Below are positions 9,874 through 18,746 of a DNA stretch of 64,000 nt, one piece after another. The position numbers and the translations under genes are program-made. The notes below the pieces were generated by a model, which ran no database searches, had not been told where the DNA came from, and was given only the letters and a program-made list of their open reading frames with translations. Every line of letters starts with the position of its first letter. Position 1 is the first letter of the stretch. This stretch comes from Acidobacteriota bacterium (GTDB taxonomy: Bacteria > Acidobacteriota > UBA6911 > RPQK01 > JAJDTT01): assembly GCA_965217775.1 (NCBI GenBank), contig CBDCJH010000002.1:3296001-3360000 (forward strand). The letters are read 5' to 3'.

Positions 9874-11013
9874 TCATGGCCCGAGAAAGAAGCCACCCAG
9901 GATCCACCAGAGCTGCATGTAGTGCGCGGGTGAACCGTGTCCGTAGAGTTTGCCGCCCGCCAGGTGCTGATCTCCAAAGACCTTGGGATCCTGCCTGCGG
10001 TTTGCGGGGATATCCTCACAGCCGTAGCAGGCTCCATCCGGCCGGCGCATCCGGTCCATCCAGCCACTCAGGTACCGGTAGTGCTCGCCTCCCGTGTAGA
10101 CTTGTCTGCCGGCCGCCAAGTCGAAGAGGCGCATCAGGATGGCCATGGCGCCGTTGCCGCGGACATTGACATGGTCATCGGTGCTCTTGATGTGTCGCAT
10201 CGCCAGCCGATTGTGCGGATAGCGCCATCCCGGCTCCGCCAGCACGGCGTCGATCCCGGGACGGATCACCCCATCCAGATGCCGCGTCCCGGTCGCGGCC
10301 AGAAGCAGCATCGTCCGATACAGGGTGAAGAAGGGGAAATCCTTGGGCGCGGTTTCGACGAAGGTCTCCAGCACCCACTCCAGCAGCGGTTCCTTCTTCT
10401 CCGCATATTGGGGCAGCTCATGCTCCCAGGCCAGGATGGCAAGCAGGGCGGCTTCGGGTGTCAGGTGCACTAGTTTTTCGCGCTGCCGGTAGAATTCGGT
10501 CCGCGAAAAAATGGCCCGCATTCCCTTCTTGCCGGCCTTCAGGTAGCGCTCCTCCCCGGTGATCCTGTGGTGGAGCCCCAGACAATAGAGAACCAGGACA
10601 GTGTAACGGTCGTTGACCTGTCGGTTCTGCTCCTTCCAGTTGAAGGACATGGCCCGAAAGATGGGATAGGCGCACCACCAGTCCAGTGACCACATGTCTT
10701 CGACCCGGGCCTCCAACAGTTGGTCGAACATGTCGGAGGCCGTTTCCACGTATCGGGGTTCATCCAGCATCTTCCCCGCCAACGAAAGGGTGGCAGCCAT
10801 GCTGGCTTGATATCCGGAGGTCTCGGCGAAGAGAGCCTCGGGCGGATGATACCGACCCCCTTGGATTCGGGAGACCACGAACTCGCACACCTTGTGTGCG
10901 TCCGCTTTTCGGTTTGGATCGATTCTCTTGTCCATCCAGGAGCTTCCCAGTGCGCCGGGACCGTTCCCCGCCGCCAGTGCCAGAACCAGGCAGCAGGCCA
11001 GTCCGCGCGTCAT
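9874..11013 (-). CDS. Secreted hypothetical protein (family X), paralogue of 12186-13352
   Basis: Signal peptide; shares RYHPPEAL, PxDFPFFTL, DHVxVR, YGxGSPxHYxQLWWILGGF with the paralogue. Confidence 0.75.
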   Translation of the reverse strand: MTRGLACCLVLALAAGNGPGALGSSWMDKRIDPNRKADAHKVCEFVVSRIQGGRYHPPEALFAETSGYQASMAATLSLAGKMLDEPRYVETASDMFDQLLEARVEDMWSLDWWCAYPIFRAMSFNWKEQNRQVNDRYTVLVLYCLGLHHRITGEERYLKAGKKGMRAIFSRTEFYRQREKLVHLTPEAALLAILAWEHELPQYAEKKEPLLEWVLETFVETAPKDFPFFTLYRTMLLLAATGTRHLDGVIRPGIDAVLAEPGWRYPHNRLAMRHIKSTDDHVNVRGNGAMAILMRLFDLAAGRQVYTGGEHYRYLSGWMDRMRRPDGACYGCEDIPANRRQDPKVFGDQHLAGGKLYGHGSPAHYMQLWWILGGFFLGP

Positions 11014-11073
11014 CGGCCGTTCCCCGCGGGCGTTTGTTGAGTCATCGCTTTCGGTCCACGCAGATTCCACACT

Positions 11074-12189
11074 TCAAGTCTCCTCCAGTTCGGCCACTCC
11101 GATGCCGGCGTAGTTGTTCCCGTCGTAGAACATCAGAGTTCTTTCACCATGGTGCCAAATGCAGGGGTAGCAGGTCATGGCGTCATCCCAACCTGAGACG
11201 GAGACGTCCAGTACCGGGTCGGGCAACCACTTGAAGTAGATCCCGTCGGGACTCTCGGCATAGTGGATCCTGTACCCCCGCTTGTCCCTGGCGCAGCTGT
11301 ACCACATGCGATAAAGGCCGTCCCGGTGCTCCACGAACGGCTTGGAACTGGTCGAGTAGACCGAGCCGATCACCGGTGGGACGTTCACCAGGGCGCCCGC
11401 GGGATGGGGCTCGAAATTGTGTCCACCGTCGCGCGAGATGGCCAGGGCGACTGAGATCCGGGACCAGTCGGGACGGGGATGGGAGACGGCCGTGTAGTAC
11501 ATCCAATACTCGTCTCCCACCTTCAGAACGGCGCAGGAACCGCTGCCATGCTCGTCGCAGGCCCCGGGTCGGGCCAACTGGATCAAAAGCCGGTTGCTTC
11601 GTTTCCAGCTGCGCCCCCCGTCGTCACTCTCGGCCATGGTCGTGGTATAGCGCTTCTGGTTGGGGTCGCCGGGAAGGAACTGGCCATCCCAGGCGGCGTA
11701 GTACATGTGCCAGTGGGTCTCGGTGATGGGAACCACCCAAGGGTAGCTGACCCAATGGGAATCGATGGACCCCGCAGGGCCCAGGTCCAAGAGGGGCTGA
11801 TCGGAGACCTTGCGCCAGCTGAGCGGGTCTGACCGCGAGGCTTCGGCCAGTCCGATGCGGCGGAACTTCCTCTTGTCGTCGAAGTATTGCTCGCCGTGAT
11901 AGAACATCAGGAGCCGGTCTCCAGCCACCACCAGGTTGGGCGAGGAGGGTCTCTGGTCCCAGACTTGCTCCTTCACGATCGGAAAGATCACCTGTAGTCG
12001 CTTCCAGCTTTGGTTCTCCATCTTTCGGCTGCTTGCCTCGGGGGACCCGGGACCGGGCCCGGCTTGACCCGGCGGATTCGCCACACCCGCCAGCGACAGG
12101 CCGGCGGCGGCCAAGCCTCCCTGACGGAGGAAGTGTCTTCGCTTCGTGCTTGCTCTCATAACCTTGCTTCTCGACGGGACTTCATTCAT
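11074..12189 (-). CDS. Tat-exported beta-propeller, paralogue of 6105-7142
   Basis: KRRHFL leader; IDSHWVSYPWVVP and DEHGSGSCAVL identical to the paralogue; ATGA overlap with the upstream stop. Confidence 0.75.
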   Translation of the reverse strand: MNEVPSRSKVMRASTKRRHFLRQGGLAAAGLSLAGVANPPGQAGPGPGSPEASSRKMENQSWKRLQVIFPIVKEQVWDQRPSSPNLVVAGDRLLMFYHGEQYFDDKRKFRRIGLAEASRSDPLSWRKVSDQPLLDLGPAGSIDSHWVSYPWVVPITETHWHMYYAAWDGQFLPGDPNQKRYTTTMAESDDGGRSWKRSNRLLIQLARPGACDEHGSGSCAVLKVGDEYWMYYTAVSHPRPDWSRISVALAISRDGGHNFEPHPAGALVNVPPVIGSVYSTSSKPFVEHRDGLYRMWYSCARDKRGYRIHYAESPDGIYFKWLPDPVLDVSVSGWDDAMTCYPCIWHHGERTLMFYDGNNYAGIGVAELEET

Positions 12190-13352
12190 GGGATAAACCC
12201 CCCCAGAATCCACCAGAGCTGGATGTAGTGCGGCGGCGAGCCCAATCCGTAGCGCCTCGCACTGGCGATGTGCCGGCAGCCATAGACTCCACCGTCGGGC
12301 CGCCGCATCTCGTCCAGCCAGTTGCTGGAATAGCGATAGAGGGGGGTGCCGGTGTAGACGGTCTTGCCGGCCACCAGATCGAACAGTCGCATGGTGGCCG
12401 CCAAGGCTCCCGTGGCCCTGACGTCGACATGATCCTCGGTGGCCCGGTTGTGGCGGAAATCCCGCGAATCGTGTTCGAACCGCCAGGACGGATTCGCCAG
12501 GAGGGCGTCGATGGCGGGGCGGATGGCCGTCTCCAGATGCTCGCTGCCGGTGAGGGCCACCAACAGCATGGTTCGGATGAGGGTGAAAAAGGGAAAATCC
12601 CGGGGGGCCTTCTCCGGAAAGGTCTCCCACACCCAACGGACGAGCGGTTCCTTACGGCCTGCGAACTCGGGCATCGATTCTTCCCAGACAGCCGCGGCCA
12701 GAGCCGCCGACTCCGGAGTCAGATGGTGCATCGTCTCCTTGTCCCGGTCATAGTTCCAAGTGGCGAACATCTTGCGGAGAGTTTCCCGGGACGCCTCCAC
12801 CACCCGCGGGTCGCCGCTGATCTGGTGATAGATGCCCATCGAGTAGGTCACCAGGCCATTGGTGTAATGGGGGGCTGGCCGTGCGTTCTGCTCCTTCCAG
12901 TCCAGGGGTACGCCACGATAGACGGGAAAGGCGCACCAGCGCCCCACCGACCAGAGGACGCCGTCCACACGCTCGGTGAGCAACTGCTGGAACATGCTGC
13001 CGGCGACCTCGACATACCTGGGCTTCTCCAGCAGCTTTCCGGCCATCGCCAGCGTGGCCGCCAGCTCGGCCCGATAGGCCGCGGACTCCGCCCACAGAGC
13101 CTCCGGAGGATGGTAGCGTCCGTCCCGGGTGTGCTTGACGACGAAGTCGCAGATTCTGACGGCGGCCTCTCTGCGGCTCTCGTCCACCCGCTTCAGTTTC
13201 CAGGAGGGTTCCGCACTCAGCAAGCCGATCCAGCATCCGAATCCGGCCAGGAGGCTGGGAAGGAATGCCCGTCCGGAGAGCGGGAGGCTTGCCGGGAAGC
13301 GCCCGGCGCCGAACCTCAACCACAATGACATGACTGGTCCTCTTCTCGTCAT
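12186..13352 (-). CDS. Secreted hypothetical protein (family X)
   Basis: Long ORF in operon; clear paralogy to 9874-11013; predicted largely helical. Confidence 0.75.
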   Translation of the reverse strand: MTRRGPVMSLWLRFGAGRFPASLPLSGRAFLPSLLAGFGCWIGLLSAEPSWKLKRVDESRREAAVRICDFVVKHTRDGRYHPPEALWAESAAYRAELAATLAMAGKLLEKPRYVEVAGSMFQQLLTERVDGVLWSVGRWCAFPVYRGVPLDWKEQNARPAPHYTNGLVTYSMGIYHQISGDPRVVEASRETLRKMFATWNYDRDKETMHHLTPESAALAAAVWEESMPEFAGRKEPLVRWVWETFPEKAPRDFPFFTLIRTMLLVALTGSEHLETAIRPAIDALLANPSWRFEHDSRDFRHNRATEDHVDVRATGALAATMRLFDLVAGKTVYTGTPLYRYSSNWLDEMRRPDGGVYGCRHIASARRYGLGSPPHYIQLWWILGGFIP

Positions 13353-13446
13353 GGTCGCGACGTTTCGGTGACGACTTGCCAGGGCTTCGGCCTCGACTTC
13401 TCAAGCAGGAAGCCGTTGACCACCTGGAAGCCGGATGGCTGTGCCG

Positions 13447-15117
13447 TCAGTCCTTTCGGGTCAGCACACCGATCTTCTCCACCTGCTCACCTTCCACCAG
13501 ACGGTATCGATAACCGCTTTCCAGGCTGGACAACTCCTGCACCATTCCCGAGGGCCACCGGATCTTGCCTCCGGAGAGGAGCTTCGATTCCCCCAGACCC
13601 ACGAAGAGCCGGGGGTCTCGGGCGGACAGATAGCTCCCGGATGGGTCTACGAAAGCCGAATGGACCTTCCCCTCCCGGCGCCAGTCCAACCGCGCCCCGA
13701 TGGCGGACCGGTTGGAGCGGGAGCCCACCAGCTCGAGGAGGATCCGATGGCCCTGGGGGGTCTCATTGAGCAGAATCTGAGGCCGGCCGCCCGAGTTGCT
13801 GACCACCAGGTCCAGGTCTCCATCGTTGTCCAGATCTCCCAACGCGGTCCCTCGGCTGACGAAATCACCTCCCCGATTGATCCGGCTCGGCTCCGAAATC
13901 TCAAGAAAGCGCCCCTCCCGGTTCTCGTAGAGGAGATTGGGCTGGCGATAGCTCACCGCGTCGCTGAAGGAGTCGAGGTTGTCCAGGATGTGTCCGTTGG
14001 CCACGAAAAGATCCAGATCCCCGTCGGCGTCCCAGTCGAGGAAGCAGGTCCCAAACCCCACATAGGGAAGCGAGCTCTCTCCCAGTCCGACCTCGTAGGT
14101 GACGTCCCGGAACGTCAGCCCCGACTCCCGCCGGTAAAGGGTATTCGTCTCGCTCTCGAAGTTGGTGACGAAGATCTCGGGGGACCCATCCCCGTCGGTG
14201 TCGCCCAGAGCGACGCCCATCCCCGCCTGGGGCGCCCCGTTCTGGTCGAGGGCGGTTCCCGAGACCAGAGAGAGGTCTTCGAAGGTCCCCTCCCCCCGAT
14301 TTCGCAGGAGGAAGTTCATCTCCGTGTCATTGGCGATGTAGACGTCCAGAAAGCCGTCATCGTCCAGGTCCCATAAGCCAATGCCCAAACCTCTGCCCGG
14401 GATGGAGCCGACACCCGATCGATGGCTGATGTCCGAGAACGTGCCATCGCCGTTGTTGCGGTAGAGGACATCTCGAGCGCCGGGAAACAGACTGGGGTGA
14501 CAATAGCCGCGCCTTCCCTCGTCCCCGCAGAGGCGGGCATCCGTCAGCCGGTACTCCAGGTAGTTGACGACGTACAGGTCCAGGGAGCCGTCATTGTCGA
14601 AATCGAAGAAAGCCGCACTCGACCCCCAGCGGTCGTCCCCGACTCCGGCCCGGTCCGTCACATCGGCGAAAGTCCCGTCCCCGTTGTTGCGATAGAGGAT
14701 GTTTGGCCCGAACTGGGTCAGGTAGAGATCCACCCAACCGTCGTTGTCATAGTCCCCACTGGCAACCCCCATGCCGTAGCCTGAACCGCTGGCACCGGCG
14801 GCTTCCGTCACGTCACGGAAGGTCCCATCTCCGCGATTCTGATGGAGGCGGCCTTCACCCCGACTGCTCGCGGCCCCGTCGAGAGGGGCGCCGCCCACCA
14901 AGTAGAGATCGAGGTGTCCATCCCGGTTGAAGTCGAGAAGAGCCACCCCGGAGCCCATGGTCTCCACCAGATACTTGGAGTCGGTGCCACGGCGGTCGTG
15001 CTTGGAGTCGACGCCCTTCTCTTCCCAAACGTCCCGGAAGCGGACCCCGGACCTGTCGCCGGCGGTGGCGAGGGAAAGCAACAGACCCAGCCCGGGCAGA
15101 GTGAGAACCGGCTTCAT
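13447..15117 (-). CDS. CRTAC1-family protein (FG-GAP and ASPIC/UnbV)
   Basis: YLVETMGSGVALLDFNRDG, multiple D-x-D-N-D-G repeats, GSYLS...GLG...WPSG; ATGA overlap with TPR gene stop. Confidence 0.9.
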   Translation of the reverse strand: MKPVLTLPGLGLLLSLATAGDRSGVRFRDVWEEKGVDSKHDRRGTDSKYLVETMGSGVALLDFNRDGHLDLYLVGGAPLDGAASSRGEGRLHQNRGDGTFRDVTEAAGASGSGYGMGVASGDYDNDGWVDLYLTQFGPNILYRNNGDGTFADVTDRAGVGDDRWGSSAAFFDFDNDGSLDLYVVNYLEYRLTDARLCGDEGRRGYCHPSLFPGARDVLYRNNGDGTFSDISHRSGVGSIPGRGLGIGLWDLDDDGFLDVYIANDTEMNFLLRNRGEGTFEDLSLVSGTALDQNGAPQAGMGVALGDTDGDGSPEIFVTNFESETNTLYRRESGLTFRDVTYEVGLGESSLPYVGFGTCFLDWDADGDLDLFVANGHILDNLDSFSDAVSYRQPNLLYENREGRFLEISEPSRINRGGDFVSRGTALGDLDNDGDLDLVVSNSGGRPQILLNETPQGHRILLELVGSRSNRSAIGARLDWRREGKVHSAFVDPSGSYLSARDPRLFVGLGESKLLSGGKIRWPSGMVQELSSLESGYRYRLVEGEQVEKIGVLTRKD

Positions 15118-16541
15118 CGACTGCTCCGGTAGACCTGGTTGGGGTGGGACTGGGCGCGACTCTCCGCCCGGAGACGGTTGATCCGTTGGACCTGTTCCAG
15201 GTGCGACCGGGACTTCTGCCGCCGTCCCTGCCGTTGATGATGCAGGGCCAACTGGTAGTGGGACGGAACGTGCTCCGGGTCCGCTTTCAGGGCCCGTTGC
15301 CACAGTGCCGCCGCAGCCGTTGAGTCGCCGGAGCGGGCTCGGGTTCGGCCCAGCCAGTACAGACCTTCCGCATCCTCCGGCCGCATTTCCACCGCCTTTG
15401 CCAGGGACAGCTCCGCCTCGTCGATCCGTCCCGACTGGAACTGGATCCGACCCAGGGCCAGCAGGCCCGGGACGTGCCCGTTCTCCGCGGCCACCGCCGC
15501 GGCCAGCAGATCGGCCGCTTCCTGGTACCGTCCCAGGGTCTCGGCACGCAGGCCCAGGTAGTAGTAGGCGTCGGCCCGCTCCGGGTTGAGTTCCCGGGCC
15601 TGCTCCAGATAGCCGGCCGCCTCGTGCCTCCGGTCCAGCTCGAAGAGAACGCGGCCGATCTGGATGAGGCCTTCGTAGGCCGGCCGCATCGCAACCCCCT
15701 TCCGGAAGTGCTCCGCAGCCGTCTCGAAGTCGCTCAGCTCCTGGTGAATCAGGCCGAGCCGATAGGAGAGGTCCGGATTGGACCCGGTCTGCGTGCTCTG
15801 GGATTCGAGCCGGGCGGCGGCCCGGGCGAGCCGTTCTCGGGCTCCGGGCAGATCCCCTTGAGCCTTCAGGGCCCGGCCGGCGAGGTAGAGTGCTTCCGGC
15901 TGGCCGGGTTGAACTCCCAGCACCTGTTCCGCCTGCGCCAGCGCCAGGTGTGGCTGGCCCAGGTCCAGATGGTAGCGTCCCAGAGTGAGCCGAGCCCTCT
16001 GTTGCAACCGGTGGTCGCGGAATGGCTTCGCCAAAAGCTGCTCCAGCCGGGGCAGCTTCTGGCCCGGCTGGGCCTCCAGCCGGGTATCGGCGTAGAGCAG
16101 CAGGAGGAGGGGGCTGCCGAGGCCCCGATCCAGAGCCTGCTCCAGGCTTGCCGCCGCCTCGGCGGCTCTCCCCTGACGGGACAGCAGGCGAGCCAGGGCC
16201 ACATAAGGAGGGGGGAAGTCGGGAACATCGGCCAGCAAGCGCCGGTAGGTCTGGGCGGCCGCTTGGGAATCCCCCAGCCGCTCGTCCACGAGCGCCTTCA
16301 TATAGCGAAGCCGGGGGGAATCGGCGTGGTGGACCAGAGCCTCCGCCAGCGCCTCCTTGGCCTCCTGGTGAAGCGAGCGCTGGATCAGTGCCCTCGCCAG
16401 ATTCATCTGATGAAGCTCGTTATGGGGATTCTCCCCGACTGCACGTCGGAGGTCGTCCAGCAGGGTCTGCGACCCCAGTAGAGAGAGACTGAGCAGCGCG
16501 GCGGCCGTTGCGGCGAAACCGGGCAACCGAATCCGTCCCAT
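15114..16541 (-). CDS. Tetratricopeptide repeat protein, exported
   Basis: Repeated A..YYLG / L..LG..A...P helical units; signal peptide. Confidence 0.85.
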   Translation of the reverse strand: MGRIRLPGFAATAAALLSLSLLGSQTLLDDLRRAVGENPHNELHQMNLARALIQRSLHQEAKEALAEALVHHADSPRLRYMKALVDERLGDSQAAAQTYRRLLADVPDFPPPYVALARLLSRQGRAAEAAASLEQALDRGLGSPLLLLLYADTRLEAQPGQKLPRLEQLLAKPFRDHRLQQRARLTLGRYHLDLGQPHLALAQAEQVLGVQPGQPEALYLAGRALKAQGDLPGARERLARAAARLESQSTQTGSNPDLSYRLGLIHQELSDFETAAEHFRKGVAMRPAYEGLIQIGRVLFELDRRHEAAGYLEQARELNPERADAYYYLGLRAETLGRYQEAADLLAAAVAAENGHVPGLLALGRIQFQSGRIDEAELSLAKAVEMRPEDAEGLYWLGRTRARSGDSTAAAALWQRALKADPEHVPSHYQLALHHQRQGRRQKSRSHLEQVQRINRLRAESRAQSHPNQVYRSSR

Positions 16542-16570
16542 GCAGAAGATTCCCTCCGGTTCAGGAGCTC

Positions 16571-17659
16571 TCAATTCGGCAACCACTCCTCGAAAAAGCG
16601 CTGCCAATTAGCGTGCATCACGTTGGCGATGTCCTCGGTTTTCCAATTGCGCCTTTCCAGAGTCTCGGCGACCTTCGGGTAATCGGCTACGGTGTCGATC
16701 CCGCCGGGCGCCCCGGCCAGACCTCCCTGCCCGTCCGTGTCGCCGCCGATGGCGGCGTGGAGGGTGCTGCCGGCCAGTTCGCAGATGTGCTCGATGTGAT
16801 CCGCGACATCGTCCAGCGTCACCTCCTCCCTGGCGAAGGGGCGAACGCGGCCCGCTCCGGTGGCGGCCCAATTCAGCCTTCGGGTGCGGTGGAGCATCCA
16901 GGTGTCCAGCGAGACCCCGATCACTCCTCCCCGCTCGATGACCGCTCGAAGCTGCCGGTCCGAGAACTGACGTTCCCCCGGGACCAGTGCGCGGCAATTC
17001 TGGTGGCTGGCCAGGACCGGACCCTGGAACAGTTCCAGCGACTGCCAGAATCCCTCGTCGGAGATGTGGGTCAGATCCAGGACCATGCCGGTCCGCTCCA
17101 TTTCCGCCAGCAACGGCCTCGCCGGTGGAAACAGCCCTCCGGGACAACCCGTCCCGTGCGCGTAGGTGCTGGGTCCGTAGTGGGTCAGGCTCACGACTCG
17201 GAGTCCCCAGTCCCACCACTGGGACAACTGCCCGGGCCAGAGAATGGGATCGGCCCCCTCCATCCCCAGAACCACACCCACGGCTCGTCCGGCGGTTTCG
17301 GCCGCACCTGCCCATTCCTCCATGTGGCAGTTGAATTGGGAACGGGTCTGGAGAATTCGGATTTCTCCGCGGGCCGCCAGGACCTGGTAGAAGGCCAACT
17401 GACCTCGGGCGGCGGCATGGGCCAAGTCTCCACTACGGTAGCCCCAGAGGGGACTGTTCTCTCTTTCGATCCGGCCGACCACCTTGACCAGCGCGCCCGC
17501 AATCCCACCCCGTCGCATCTCGGGCAGGGTGGCCAGGACCATGTTGTCCGAGTCCGCTTCGGCTTGGCGCACTGACTCGACGGACAAGGTCAGATCCCGG
17601 TTCATGTCCAGGGCACTGTAAGCCATCGGATAGTCGCCATCGAAGATGAGCATCCCCAT
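16571..17659 (-). CDS. Membrane dipeptidase (peptidase M19 family)
   Basis: IFDGDYP, GMEGADPI, SLTHYG, LDLTH, ASHQNCRAL, RQFSD, AIGGDTDG. Confidence 0.85.
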   Translation of the reverse strand: MGMLIFDGDYPMAYSALDMNRDLTLSVESVRQAEADSDNMVLATLPEMRRGGIAGALVKVVGRIERENSPLWGYRSGDLAHAAARGQLAFYQVLAARGEIRILQTRSQFNCHMEEWAGAAETAGRAVGVVLGMEGADPILWPGQLSQWWDWGLRVVSLTHYGPSTYAHGTGCPGGLFPPARPLLAEMERTGMVLDLTHISDEGFWQSLELFQGPVLASHQNCRALVPGERQFSDRQLRAVIERGGVIGVSLDTWMLHRTRRLNWAATGAGRVRPFAREEVTLDDVADHIEHICELAGSTLHAAIGGDTDGQGGLAGAPGGIDTVADYPKVAETLERRNWKTEDIANVMHANWQRFFEEWLPN

Positions 17660-17858
17660 CAGCCTCCCGTCCCTGAGATTCTGGCCCTACTCAGGGCCGA
17701 CCTCCTTCGGTCATCGATCGACTGGCCCGGGTCTGGAACCACACCGTAGACGTACTGCTCCGTCGCCACGGTTGCCCGGATGGGCACACTGCCTGACTTT
17801 TCCTGGCCTTCACCATTCGCACCACTTTCGTGTCGTGCACCTTACCGGCAAATGTCTG

Positions 17859-17890
17859 TTGACACGAACACACAGCATTATCTATTATGC
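17859..17890 (+). promoter_or_regulatory. Sigma70-like promoter for gntR with overlapping imperfect palindrome
   Basis: TTGACA 17859-17864, 18-bp spacer, TATTAT 17883-17888; GCATTATCTATTATGC 17875-17890 is 12/16 self-complementary. Confidence 0.6.
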
Positions 17891-17957
17891 AGAATTAGTT
17901 TCGCAAGACGAGTTCGTCACTGCCAACCAGAGGATCGCCAGCCGGAAGAGTTTCTTC

Positions 17958-18671
17958 ATGGATGATACCAGCGTCCCGCCAGCGCTTCGCCGTGAATCTC
18001 TGAGCACCCAGGTCGCCCGCCACATCCGAAATGCCATTCTCACGGGTGATTATCAACTCGGTCAGAGGCTCCGGGAACTGGAACTGGCCGAGCGCTTCGG
18101 CGTCAGCAACAGTGTCGTTCGGGAAGCCCTGGGCCTGCTGCAGGGTCAAGGTCTGATCGTCAATAACCCCTACCGGGGGCGTTCCGTCTTCGACCTGACG
18201 CCGGAGCAGGCCAAGGAACTTTTCTTCATGAGAGCCTCCCTCGAGTCTTTGGCGTGCGTTCTGGCTATCAATCGGCTCAACGAGGATAGTCGCAAAGACA
18301 TTGCCGCTGCTGCCAAAAGCATGAAGACCGCACCAGCGAAGGACTTTCCGGAACGGGTGGCGGCAGAGAACCGCTTTCACCGTCTGATCTGGGCGTCCAC
18401 CGGGAACGAGTGGCTTCAGCGCACCCTGGAGCAGCTCATCATTCCCCTGTTGTGCATCGGAACGGCTCGCCTTTCGAACCCAAATCTCGATATCGGGGAG
18501 ATCCTCGAGATGTCTCAAGGCTGGGAGGACAACGACGAGCTACAGGGGCACCAGCCATTGGCAGAGGCCTACCTGAAGGGAGACTCGGCGGAAGCTCGAG
18601 AGAAGATGATTGTGCACCTCCTGTGGCGGGAGGAGCACATTGACCTGCGCAAGCAGGCTTTTGGATGTTGA
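17958..18671 (+). CDS. GntR-family regulator (FadR/FCD subtype)
   Basis: IRNAILTGDYQLGQRLRELELAERFGVSNSVVREAL HTH; NRFHRLI...GNEWL FCD domain. Confidence 0.9.
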   Translation: MDDTSVPPALRRESLSTQVARHIRNAILTGDYQLGQRLRELELAERFGVSNSVVREALGLLQGQGLIVNNPYRGRSVFDLTPEQAKELFFMRASLESLACVLAINRLNEDSRKDIAAAAKSMKTAPAKDFPERVAAENRFHRLIWASTGNEWLQRTLEQLIIPLLCIGTARLSNPNLDIGEILEMSQGWEDNDELQGHQPLAEAYLKGDSAEAREKMIVHLLWREEHIDLRKQAFGC

Positions 18672-18746
18672 GGAATTGGAGCACCCCAGGTTCTTTCGAG
18701 CCTCCGGTCCAACGGAGGGTTCGTCACCAAGGAGGTTAGGTACAAA

